A DNA stretch of 64,000 nt from Cyanophora paradoxa CCMP329. Lineage: Eukaryota > Plantae > Glaucophyta. The first letter of the stretch is position 1. Every line of letters starts with the position of its first letter. This document shows, piece by piece, positions 42,480 through 54,150 of the stretch. Below the pieces are notes generated by a model, which was not told the DNA's origin, ran no database searches, and saw only the letters and a list, made by a program, of their open reading frames with translations. Where the stretch lies: positions 310,001 to 374,000 of the forward strand of contig QPMI01000022.1 of the NCBI GenBank assembly GCA_004431415.1, written 5' to 3'. Made by a program: the position numbers and the translations under genes.

Positions 42480-45400
42480 ATGAGCGCGGGGGGCACGTCT
42501 TTCGTGCTGCCGGTTTCGGCGGCGCGCATCTCTAGGAGCCGCCAGGATGCGTCGAGCGCCACGAGCGCCACGGCCGCGATTCACCGACATGGAGCCAGCC
42601 AGGGCACACTGCCCACTCGTCGGGCGCAGCGCGGTTTCTTCGGTGGCGCAGTCAACTCGCAGTTCGCGGCGCGCCCGCATCGGGTTGCGCCTCCCTGCGA
42701 GGTGCGCCATTGCACCTTAGCGTGCAGAGCTACCAGGCAGCCTCTGAAGAACAGCTCGGAATTGCAGGCTCCGGCAGCTGCTCGTTTCAGCGTGAAGGCG
42801 ACTGCGGCGCGCGCGGAGGTCTGCCGCCCGTGGCCGCTTCGAATAGCCGCGCGATATCCTGCGATTCCCGACGCGGCACCCCGCGCAGGTCGAGAGCCCT
42901 GTTCGGAAGCGCAACGATGCCGCGCTTACTCTCTTTGCTGTGGCGGTGTCGCGGGCGTACCTCGCGAAGACCGGCGATTCCGGCACGAGGAAGATCCGGC
43001 GCGGCCTGGAACGCTTCCTGGCGCGCCTTGAGTCGCAGCGCCAGCCGACGCTCGCCATGAGCTCGTCAGCGTGCGCGCCTCGGAAGCCTCGCTCGCGGCG
43101 GCTCGGCCGTAGCCGCACGGTTAACCGACTATCCGATTCGCGCGACGCAGAGCGGCCGGGGCCGTTGCGGAGCGGCCCCCCTCGAACCCCCTCCTGAAGC
43201 TCATCCCCCTCGGTGCCATGTTCTTTCTCATCCTGTTCAACTACACGGGCGAGTGTCTTTTCCGGTCCGCCGCGCCCGCCGCTTCTGATCCCCGCCGGCC
43301 CGCGCGCAGTGAGGCCGCCTTTCTTCTTCTTTTCGTCTTTCCTTTTCTGTTTTCGCGGCTCTTTCTGACGACGCTTCGCCTTCTCCGCCTTCAGATCCTT
43401 CGCGACACGAAGGACGGTGCGGTCCCGTTTCCTCTTCCGGCGCTCCTGCGAGACGCGCGCGCCGCTCACCGCTGGTGGCCGCCGCAGTTCTCATCGTGAC
43501 CGCGCCCGGCTCTGGCGCCGAGGCCATTCCTTTCATTAAGACCTACATCTGCGTCCCGTCCGCCATCGCCTACGGTGCACCCCTCCCCGCGCCCTCGCCG
43601 CCGCTCGCGCCATCCCCGGACCGAGATTTTTCTCGTAGCCATCCTGTACTCCACCCTCTCCAACAGGCTCAGCCGCGAGAAGCTCTTCTACGGTACCCCC
43701 CCTCCTCCTTCCCCCCCTTCTTATGCCGACCCGCGCCGCCCGGGGCGCCTTCGCAGCCGCCCTCAGCCCCTTCCTCCTCTTCTTCGTCACCTTCTCGACG
43801 CTCATTTACCCCAACCGGGTGCGAGGGGGGACGAACCCGCTCACCTGAGCGACGACGGATCGGAACGACCGCTCACCTTTTCTTTTTCGCCGCAGGCGTT
43901 CCTGCACCCCAACGCCTTCGCCGACATGCTCCAGGCGACCCTCCCCGCCGGCCTCAGTGGCGTCATCGCCATCATCCGCAACTGGACCGTGCGCCCGTAC
44001 CCCCCCCCGCGCTCCCGTCTCGTCTCGCCCGTCTGACCCGCCGCCCCGCAGTTCGGTGCTCTTTCTCCTTTCTGCGCCACGCTCTCCCGGCCCCGCTAAC
44101 GCCCCATTCCCCACCCGTTCTCTCCCTCCAGCGATGTTCTACGCCACTTGTGCGCCCGCGTACCCCCCTTCTCCCCACCGGCGCCCTGACCCCTCCTCGC
44201 CCTCCAGCCGAGCTCTGGGGCTCTGTCGTGGTATCCCTCCTCTTCTGGGGCTTCGCGAACGAGGTCACGACGGGTGCGGCGATCGCGCGATTCTGTACCC
44301 CTTCCCGTGCCTCCCAACGCGCGCCCCGCAGTCGACGAGGCGAAGAAGTACTACCCCCTCTTCGGTCTCGGTGCGCGCACGCCCGTACCCTTCTTCCTCC
44401 CGCTTGTACCCTCTGCCGACCCTGACGGCCGCCCCCAGGGGCCAACGTCGCCCTCATCTTTTCGGGCCGCGTCGTTAAATACCTGTCCGACCTCCGGAGC
44501 AGCCTGCCGCCCGGTACCCCCCTCCCCCCTCCCCCTTCCTCCCCCCCTCCGGCTCACGTACCCCCGGCAGGCGTGGACAAGTGGGGCGTCTCTCTGAACT
44601 ACCTCATGTCGTGCCTCGTGATGGGTACCCTCGGCATCATGGGCATCTTCTGGTACCCCCCCCCCTCGCCCGCTTTTGCGATCGCCATCGGATCCGATCG
44701 CGAACGCAGGTTCATGAACCGGCGGGTGATGACGGACCCGTCCCTGTACTCCCCCAGGAAAGCGAAGGTCCGTACCCCCCTGGGGGATAGATGGACGGAC
44801 GGACGGACGGCTGGCTGCGTGCTTAGCGATGCGATGCGCGGGCGCGCGCGATAGCAGCGAGCAATCATAGTCTGGCCCGGCCCTGCCTAGCCTGGCCCAG
44901 CCCAGCCACCCTATCCGCCCCCCGCTCCCAACGTTGACCGACGAGCGCAGGAGGGGAAGAAGAAGCTGAAGATGAGCCTGGGCGAGTCCCTCAAGTACCT
45001 GGCCAAGCAGCCGTACATCCTGAACCTCCTCATGCTCGTCATCTCCTACGGCATGGCGATCAACCTCGTCGAGGGTGCGCGCGCTGTTGTTCTTTGGCTG
45101 GGCCGAGTAGATAGATAGATGGACCTTGGGAGCGGAGAGATAGATAGATAGCCTTCTAAGCCACCTTAGCCACCTTAGGCTATCTCTAAGCCACCTTAGC
45201 CACCTTAGGCTATTCGTCGAGGGTGCGCGGAGAGATAGATAGATAGATAGGCCACTAAGCCTTGCCTTGCTCGCCTCGAGGCCTTAAACTCTACCGCCAC
45301 ACCCAAGCCACCGTGGTCTACCTATCTCTCCGGAGGGTCCGCGCGCTATCGCTCGATTCTAGCAGATTAGATAGATGAACCGCGGCTCCAAAACGGTAGC

Positions 45401-48400
45401 CGAGCCAGGCAGAGGAGCGAGGGAGTAGCGGTAGCGGCAGCAGCAGCAGCAGCAGCGCAGCGACGCCACCCACATGCCACTCCTATCTATCTAGAATCTT
45501 ACATCAATCCATCCATCTCCCCCCCTCTCCATCCATCTAACCGAGCTCCGCCCCTCCCGCCCTCCCCCTCTCCATCCATCTAACCGAGCTCCGCCCCTCC
45601 CGCCCCCTCGCGCAGTGACGTGGAAGGCGAAGCTGAAGGAGCAGTTCCCGAACCCGAACGAGTACAGCGCCTTCATGGGCGACTTCAGCTCCACCACCGG
45701 TCCGCCCCGAGCGCCCGCGGCCGCCTGGCGTCTTAAATGTCGATAGCTTAATCTTAGGCCTATATATATAGCCTTGGCACCGGTCCGCCGGGGCCCCGTG
45801 ACATCTTAGATCTGAGGGCAGGGGGCTGGGAGACCCCAGCTACGACCCTAGCAGTCTCTCTCGCCCCCTCGCTCGCCTCGCCCGCTCACTCATTCGCTCG
45901 CTCACCCCGCCTCGCCCCGAGCGCCCGCCCGCCCGCGGCCGTCTGGCGGCTTGCTTAATCTAGGTCTAAATATCGATATCTACAATCTTTAAATATCTAC
46001 GATATCTTAATCTTCGGCCGCGGGCTGCGGGTTGCGATATCTTAATCTTAGGCCGCGGGTTGAGGCACTCACCCCACGTGCGCGCGCTCGCGCAGGCGTC
46101 ATCACGCTCGGCATGATGCTCCTCGGCCGCTTCATCCTCCAGGTCCGCCCCGCCCGGCCGAGCCCGCCGGCCCGGCCCGGCCCTGCCCAGGCAGGCCAGC
46201 CCCGCGCTAGCGCTAGCTCGCCCCGCCTATCCCGGTCCCCCTAGCCAGGCTGTCGGTCTGCCGCCTAGCTGGCCAGACAGGCCATCGAGCCAACGTCGGC
46301 TAGCATTCCCCAGCGTTAGCCGAGCCGGCCCGGCCCAGCCGAGCCTATAGAAGCAGTCAGTCGAGCCAAGGCTGCTTGCCTAGCTTTTCCAGCTGGCCCA
46401 GCTTTCCCAGCAGCCGAGCCAAGGCTGGCCAGCTAGACTACCCTACCTAGCGCTAGCTGGCCCGCTCAGCCGAGCCAAGGCTAGCCAGCCAGCTGGATTG
46501 TCCTAGCTAACCAACTCGCGCCGCGCAGCGCTTCGGGTGGAGCACGGCGGCGATGGTGACGCCCTCGGTGCTCTGCGGCACGGGCCTCGCCTTCTTCGCC
46601 CTCGTCGTCTTCGGGCAGCAGCTCGCCCCCCTCACCACCGCCGCCCTCGGCGTCACACCCCTCTTCCTCGCCGGTGCCCGCCTTTCTATCTACTATCTAT
46701 CTATCTATCTATCTAGCTTCGCTTAACTAACTTAAAGCTATCTATCTATCTAGCGTAGCTTAGCTTGGCGCCCCTCACCACCGCCGCCCTCGGCGTCACC
46801 CCCCTCTTCCTCGCCGGTCAGTCATCTATCTATCTATCAATCTACTACCTCCCTTTACTACATGATAGTTTCGCTTAACTACCTTAGTAGCTAAGCCTCG
46901 CTTTACTACCTTGACTTGGCGATCGCTCGCCAACTCGTTGGCTCACTCGCCGCCCCTCTCGCCCGCAGTGCTCGTCGGCGCGGCGCAGAATATCATGTCC
47001 AAGTCCTGCAAGTACTCGCTGTTCGACCCGTGCAAGGAGATGGCCTACATCCCGCTCGACGCGGAGGCGCGCCTCAAGGGCAAGGCCGCCAGTGCGTGGG
47101 CGTGGGCGGCGCTCGCGGCGCCTCTCCCCTCCCTCGCTGTTCGAGCTAGAGCGTGAGCTGATTTATTTCTCTTCCAGTTGACGTGATCGGGAACCCGATC
47201 GGCAAGTCGGGCGGCGCTATCGTCCAGCAGGTGCCCCGCCCCTCCCCGCCCCCGCCCGCCCGACGGCCGGCCGCCCGCCCCGCGCCCGCCCCGCCCCGCC
47301 CCGCCCGTCAACCAAGACGACGCCGCTAAGCGCGCTTCGTCGCCAAGACACGCACGCCCAACAGCCGCCCAATACTCGCCCGCCTTTTTTAAAGTTTTAT
47401 AGATTCTTTTAGAGATCTTTAAGATTCTTAAAGCCGCCCCGCCCAACAGCCGCCCGCCGTCTGTCTGTCTCACTCACGCTCTTGCAGGTGCTGCTCTTCA
47501 CGACGGGTAGCCTGGTCGCCTCCACGCCGGGCCTCGCCGTCGTCCTCGCCATCGTCTCCGGTGATTTCGCGCTCTTGACACGTCTAAGATAGATGGTATA
47601 AGGATGAACAAGGATAGAGAAATAAGCAAGCTGCAGCGTACAGGTAGGTGGGTAGGTAGGCGGGTAGTTGGGTAGATAGACGGGCGCGAGCTCGAGCCGC
47701 CTCCGGCCCGCCCTTCCTCCCTCCCTCGCTCCGTCGCTCCCTCGCCCGCCTCGGAGCGCCCTGACGGGGCCCCTCCTCCCTCCCCCGCAGCGATGTGGAT
47801 CTACGCGGCGCGGAGCCTGGGCGTCGAGTTCAACAAGAAGGAGGCGGCCATGCAGGCCGAGCAGCAGCGCGCCACCGACTCCGAGCCGTGCGCCACGTCG
47901 TCGACGTTGTTCTGGCCCCAGTGGGGCTTATAAACTTCTTATAAAGCGCCACGTCGTCCACGTTGTTCTGGCGCTTATAAAGATCTCATAAAGCGCCACG
48001 TCGTCGACGTTGTTCTGGCGCTTAAAAAGATCTCATAAAGCGCCACGTCGTCGACGTTGTTCTGGCGCTTATAAAGATCTTATAAAGCGCCACGTCGTCG
48101 ACGTTGTTCTGGCGCTTATAAAGATCTTATAAAGCGCCACGTTGTCGACGTTGTTCTGGGGCTTATAAAGATCTTATAAAGCGCCACGTCGTCGACGTTG
48201 TTCTGGCGCTTATAAAGATCTTATAAAGCGCCACGTTGTCGACGTTGTTCTGGGGCTTATAAAGATCTTATAAAGCTTCTTCTTATAAAGATCTCATAAA
48301 GCAGCGCGCCACCGAGTCCGAGCCGTGCGCGCGCCCCGAGCTCTTCTAATGCGCCCCGGGCTCCCAGAAATTGTAGTTGTAGTTGTTATAAAGCTCTGTT

Positions 48401-48692
48401 ATAATTCTTTCCTCTAATTCTGTTATAAAGCTTCTTCTTCTTCTTCTGAGGCCTGTTCTTCTTATTCTTATTCTTCTTCGGCAGGCCCAAGGACGGGGGC
48501 GGCTCGGCGCCGGCGATCCCGGGGAGCGGCCCGAGCGGCAACGGCAACGGCAACGGAAACGGCAGCGGCGGCTCGAGCACCAACAGCGGCTCGGGCACCT
48601 CTTTCGTCGTCGACCCGATCGTGGGCGAGGGCAACAGCAGCGGCGCGACGCCCGAGACCCCCTCGGAGCCCATCCGCGGCCAGAGCTCTTAG
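42480..48692 (+). CDS. NTT: Plastidic ATP/ADP nucleotide transporter (NTT/TLC family)
   Basis: [130 protein letters not shown]-terminal [12 protein letters not shown]... resembles a transit peptide. Confidence 0.95.
47890..48300. repeat. Intronic tandem array, 8 x 47 bp
   Basis: Unit gcgccacgtcgtcgacgttgttctggcgcttataaagatcttataaa starts at 47890, 47946, 47993, 48040, 48087, 48134, 48181 and 48228. Confidence 0.92.
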
Positions 48693-49256
48693 GGCGTTTT
48701 CGGCGCAGTCGTTCGTTTCGTACGTATCCGGCGACGACGACAACGTTTTGTAGTAGAGGGTGATGAGGGTGGATGCGTGTACCCTCGCAACGATCGCGCG
48801 CGCGCACTTGGTTGTGTGTGTCCTGAGGCTCTTTTATTTAAAGCAGCTAGCGCTCGATCACTATCCAGGATCGATCATGATCAACGTTTCTCATTCGAGT
48901 GCTAGGATCTACGCCTACTAGGCTAGGATCCGGATGTATACGTAGATGTGGAATTTCTTCAATGCATCGTAAAATCTTTAATGCAATTATAATTAATTGT
49001 CCGAATTTGAATTCGAAACGCGCATACGCGGTGTGCCGCTAACGCGCGCGTACTACGCGTACGTATACGGTAGCAGTGCGTGATTTGGGTTTGATTTCCA
49101 ATGTCAATGAATGCTGGTTTGAATTCAATTGCGAAGAGCAGCGCGTGGGGATCGGAGGATACGTACAGAGAGATCTACGGCTACACCTAAAGCTACAGCT
49201 ACGGCCCTACAACGTCCTATTCAAAGTAGGAATGAAGGAAAGGGGAGCCGGTCCGG

Positions 49257-52200
49257 TCAGCGGAAGGCGCCGGCGTTCCGCATCCGCTGGGCGCTCAGCA
49301 GGTTCGAGCGGAGGGTGTTCAGGCACGACGGGCCGTCCTCGATCGGCTGCGGGGCGGGGCAGGGCGGAGCGGGGCGGGGCGGGGCGGGGCGGGGCGGGCA
49401 GAGATCAGCTGAGGTCTCTTCGAGGGTCCCCAAGGCTCAGCTGAGGCTTAGAGAGGGGCGGGCGGCTTTAAGTTCGGCTTTAGGTTTAAGACTAGCTCTA
49501 AGCCAAGCCGAGCGAGCCGAGCCGAGCCGAGAAGGATGGGGGGGTACGCGAACCGGCGCGAAGTCGCCCTCGGCGAGGGCGTCGTCGAAGTCCTGGGGGA
49601 TGGGGCGGCCCCCGGGGGCCGTACCCCCCGTCGCCCGCGAGAAGACTGGCGGGAGGGCGGGTTAGGGCGAGGGAGAGTGTAGGGGGTACAGGCGGACCTT
49701 CGTGCCAGCGGGCGAGGATCTCGGGCCCGACGCACTCGTTGAACTCGGCCATCTTGCGCGACACGGCTGCGGCGAAAACTGATGAGCGGAGAGGGGAAGT
49801 TGGGAAAGGGAGTCGCGCGGAGCCGAACCGAAGAGGTCGACGGTGTCGATGAGGTCCAAAAGGTGCTCCCAGGAGTCGAAGAGCTGCACGTGGGGCCACA
49901 CCAGCCAGTCGCTGAACTGGAGCCAGTACGCCACGTCTGCGCGCGCGCGTACCCCCCCACTTAGCACTCTCTTCGCTCCATCTCAGCTTATTTCGTTCGC
50001 GCGCGCGCACCGTCGCACTGGTCGCTGTTGGGGCTAAAGGCGGTGTAGGGCTTCACCAGCACCTCGGGGTGCCCGTAGACGCGCTCCCACGTCCTAGGAG
50101 GACGTTAGGGGGGGGGGGAGAAGGGGGGGTAGGGATAAGGGGAGTACGGTGCACGCACAGGTCGTACTTGCGCTGCCACTCGAGGAGCAGCTTGTACGAG
50201 GGGAAGAAGAGCGGCACGTTCAGGCGGTAGTACTCGAACCTGTCGGGAGGGTACAGGGATTAAGGACCCGGGGGGGGGGGGTGAAGATAGGGTGGAAAGG
50301 GGGGGGGTACCAGGACATGACGGAGGTCTGGTACGGGATCTGGACCATGAGCCGGTGCGAGGCGAGGTCCTGGTAGGTGTACCCCGGGGGGCCGGGGTAC
50401 ATCTCCGACAGGAAGCGGAAGTCGTAGTCGCGCTTCCGGCGCTGCGACTCTCGGAAGACGGTCTGCGGGGGGTACCGGGTCAGACCGGATCGGCGGGGGG
50501 GCGGCGGAGGGGGTATGGAGCGCGCGCCTTGTCGAGCTCAACGATCAGGGGGTGCTTCCGGCGGTCGTTCCAGGGGGGCAGGCCCTGCCGCCGCCGCCGC
50601 CGTCAAGCAAGGCGAGCAAGCAAGAAGAGAGCGCCGCCGAGGCGGACCAGGTTGTCGCGGTAGGGCCCGATGAGGAGCTGGGGCCGCGTCGGCTTGTACG
50701 TGACCGAGCCGACGTACCCGCACCACGAGGGGATGTACTTGACCTGGGGTACGGGAAGGTAAGCCAATGAGGAGGAGGAGGGGGAGGAGGAGGGGGAGGA
50801 GTTGCTAAGACAAGCCGGCGAGCTCGAGCTCGTGCAGCTCGCACCGGGACGCCGGTGTGGTAGCGGATGTAGTTGACGTCGAAGAGGTTGTTCGCCGCGA
50901 TCGTGTTTCGCGGGTTCGCCGCGATCTGCGGGGCAGGAAAAGGCTGAGCAGAGGCGGCCCGGCGGGCGGAGCAGGAGCAGGAGCAGGAGCAGGAGAGGAG
51001 GGCAGGAGGCGGAGGGGAAGGGGCGGGGAGGAGGGTGGACTCCATCTAACAGCATTCGATAAGCAAGGAAGAGGGGGGAGGGCGTATCCGTCCCCCTCTC
51101 TTTCTATCCAAATCTAACTCCACAAGGAGGCGCATCCAGGTCGAAGGGCCTCGTGGCGGCGGTTGCGGAAGGAGGGCCTATATCTGTAGGGGCGACTCTT
51201 ACTATACTTATAGGCTTCTAGCAAAGAAGGCTTATAAGAAGGCCTATACAGTTCGAACTCCACAAGGAGGCGCAACATTCCGCAGCATTCAGCAAAGGGC
51301 CTCGAGGCGGTGGCGGAAAGAGAGGGTCTAGACGGGGGAAAGGAGGTCTATCTCCACAAGAAGGGGGTTCCACAAGGGTTCCATGGGAAGCGAGCGAGCG
51401 AGCGGGAAGGAAGGACCTAGTTCTAACCGAGTAGAAGGAAGAAGAAAAGAAGGCGCACGCGCTGGACGTTGTGGACCCACTCGGCCCAGCGGCGCGGGGA
51501 GCGCGCCGCCGAGAGGTACGGCTGCCGCCACTCCACCACGTCGTCGTTGCGCCCTGGGGGGAGGGAAGGGGAGGGAGGGACGACCGGGTCAGCGGGCGAG
51601 CGCCGCCCAACAGACCTCCTAGAGGGCTTGGAGGTCGCACCGAACTCGAGGCGGGTGGTTGCGTAGAGGACTATGGAGCGGTTGAAGGGGAGGAAGAGCT
51701 CGCAGTTCGCCAGCGGGTGCGAGCTGCGAAGGGGGGCGAAGGGGCGGGGGCGTCAGAGGCGGTCCGGAGGTCGGAGGTTCTAAGCATCTCATCTCATCTC
51801 TCTAAGGGGCGGGGCGAAGGGGCGGGGGCGTCGTCAGAGGCGGTCGCGATGACAGGACGGGCGGCGTGTCAGCCCCAACCAGAGGGGCGGCGGCGCGGCG
51901 TGGATTACAAGGAGGCTAGGCTCAAAACCGGTTGAACCCGGCTAGGCTCGAGGCGTCTCAACGCACCACATGAAGACGTCGGCCTGCTGCATCTCCGGGT
52001 CGTTCTTGTACGCCTCGAAGAACTCGCTGAGGGGGGGTTAGGAAGAGTGGGGATGGGTGGTGGAGGGGGGGGGGGGGGGGGGAGGGCGCGCCGGCGGGTG
52101 CGCTGGGGGCAGGGCTCCAGCCCGAAGCCCCGCCAGTCGTCGAAGGCCAGGACCTACGGGGGGCCGCGCGGGCTCAGGTGAGTTCGGACTCGGATTCGAG

Positions 52201-53782
52201 TTCAGGTGAGCGAGCGGGACACGGGACTTGCCTTCAGGTTGCGCTTGCAGACGTCGAAGAAGCCGCAGTTCCAGAACTCGATCTGGTGGGGCGCGGCGGG
52301 GCGTTTAGTTTGGTTTCGGTGTGAATCCTATGCGGCACCTAACAACATTTCGAAACCCCCTATCATCTAACGATAGATGCGGGGCGGGGGCGCGCCTGCG
52401 CGTTGAGCTTGATGCCGAGCTCCCGGAAGTGGTCCATGTTGCCGCCCACGGGCCCCGCGTGGAAGTCGTTGATCCAGACGGTGTACCCCCGCATCGAGTC
52501 GGCGAGGGGCGACGGGGCGCGCGATGACTTGGCGGCGGCGGCGGCGAGGGAGGGCGGCGCGGGGACGAGGGGCGCGGCCGCCCGCGAGGCGCCCTTCTTG
52601 GCCGGGGCGGAGGGGGCAGAGGAGGCGGGCGACGACGACGAAGCGGCCGCCCTGCAGGAAGACTCGCAGAAGGCGTTCTCGCAATCGCGCTCGGGCTCTG
52701 TAGGGCGGAAAGTCACGCGCGGGCGGGGCATGTCGGCGGGAGGGGCGGACCGGGCGGGAGGAGGGAGTCGTCGCGGTGGAAAGTGAAGACGAGATCGTCT
52801 GCGACGCCGAAGAAGCCGCCCGTGGAGCGCTCGTTGCGGTAGACGACCTTTAGCCACACGGCGACGTACGCGGCGCCGCTGAAGTTCCCGACGCGCACGC
52901 CGCGGAGCGAGTTGCGGCCGACGCCGGTGAGGCGCCCGCTCTGGATCGTGAAGGAGTCGCTCTCAAGGAGGACGGCGTCGCGCGGGTCGCCCGAGCGGGA
53001 GACAACGATGTCCCAGATCACCATCTGCTGCTCCTTCGGGTGCCGCGTCTGGCTCCCCGTCGGGCGGAACGAGCCCTCGATGGAGATCGCGCTGTAGCCC
53101 GGGACGGCGTGCAGGTAGTAGCCCTGGAGGTCCTTGAAATCGGAGCGCGTCGAGTCGCCCCAGCGGAACGCTGCGGCCGCCCCCGCGCGTGGGCGGGGCG
53201 CGCGAGGCGACGGAGCGCGCGGAGAACTCACCCTCGGGCGTGATCTGCGCCCTGTGCGTTCCGAAGATGAGGCCAACGTCGGTGCTGGTGCGGTCGGCGA
53301 CCTCGCTGACTGTCCAGTCGTGCGGCGTGTTGGCGCAGTACTGCTGCTTGGCAGTCACGAAGCTCCACAGCAGCGTCCCTCGCGCATCCCTCGACACGGT
53401 CCGCGCCTCGTTTCGCCGCAGGGAGCGGTCCGGCACGACGCCTGAGCGGAAAGCCTCCGCGCGCGTGATCGTGAACCGCCCGTTATGGGAAGGAAGGCCT
53501 TCGGAATCGAAGAAGGAGACGGAATCTGGGGCTGAGCGGAAGCGGCCGGTCGTGCTGAAGATGGAGCTGTAACTCCAAATCAGAAGGCACACGCCTGCGC
53601 CCGCGACCCGAATTAGCTCCATTCTTGCATAGGGTCACGCGTGCGGGTGACGGCGGCGCGGCCCGATGCGCGGCCCGCGGAATTGATCCACCACGCCAAG
53701 CGGGCGAGGCGCCGGGCACCCAGAACGCACCGAATGCATACCAACCCAGCCTGCGACGCGTCCACGGCGGGGCGGACGGCAT
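49257..53782 (-). CDS. Type II membrane protein, putative GT-B-like glycosyltransferase of an uncharacterised family
   Basis: Signal anchor MPSAPPWTRRRLGWYAF|GVCLLIWSYS. Conserved-looking C-terminal domain: WINDFHAGP, EFFEAYKNDPEMQQADVFMC|SHPLANCELFLPFN, ANNLFDVNYIRYHTG, YQDLASHRLMVQIPYQTSVMSW|FEYYRLNVPLFFPS, WPHVQLFDSW. About 13 introns. Function is inferred. Confidence 0.6.
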
Positions 53783-54150
53783 CTTCGCGCCGCTTGCTCC
53801 ACCTGCTTCGCGCCGACTTTTTTTGCGGCGCAGAACGCGTACCCAGCCGAGCGACCGGCTTCTTTTGCAGCGAGCCCAGCGGCCGATCCAGCGCCTTTGG
53901 GAGTCGAAGCCTGACCGCCCCGAGGACGAAGGCGAGCTAGCCGAGCGACTTCGGAACGCACAGTGACCGTCGTCGTGTAGTCCAACAGCGACGCGGCCAT
54001 CCACTCGGCGAGGCCTGGAGGAGCAGAGGAGAACATTTCCCGGCCATCTGCCCCTCGGCCGCGCCCAGCGACAGCCGCAGCTAATCCAGGAGCTCCGAGC
54101 CCCGACCTCGGCCACCAGCTGCGAGCTCGCAGAGCGTAGCTAAGTGAAGG

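Noticed and set aside
43240-43400. Non-canonical GG donor or micro-exon in NTT after FNYT
   Set aside because: Cannot be distinguished from a one-base error in a G run next to a GC donor without reads.
47890-48300. CRISPR-like array
   Set aside because: Units are contiguous with no unique spacers, lie in a eukaryotic intron, and there are no cas genes.
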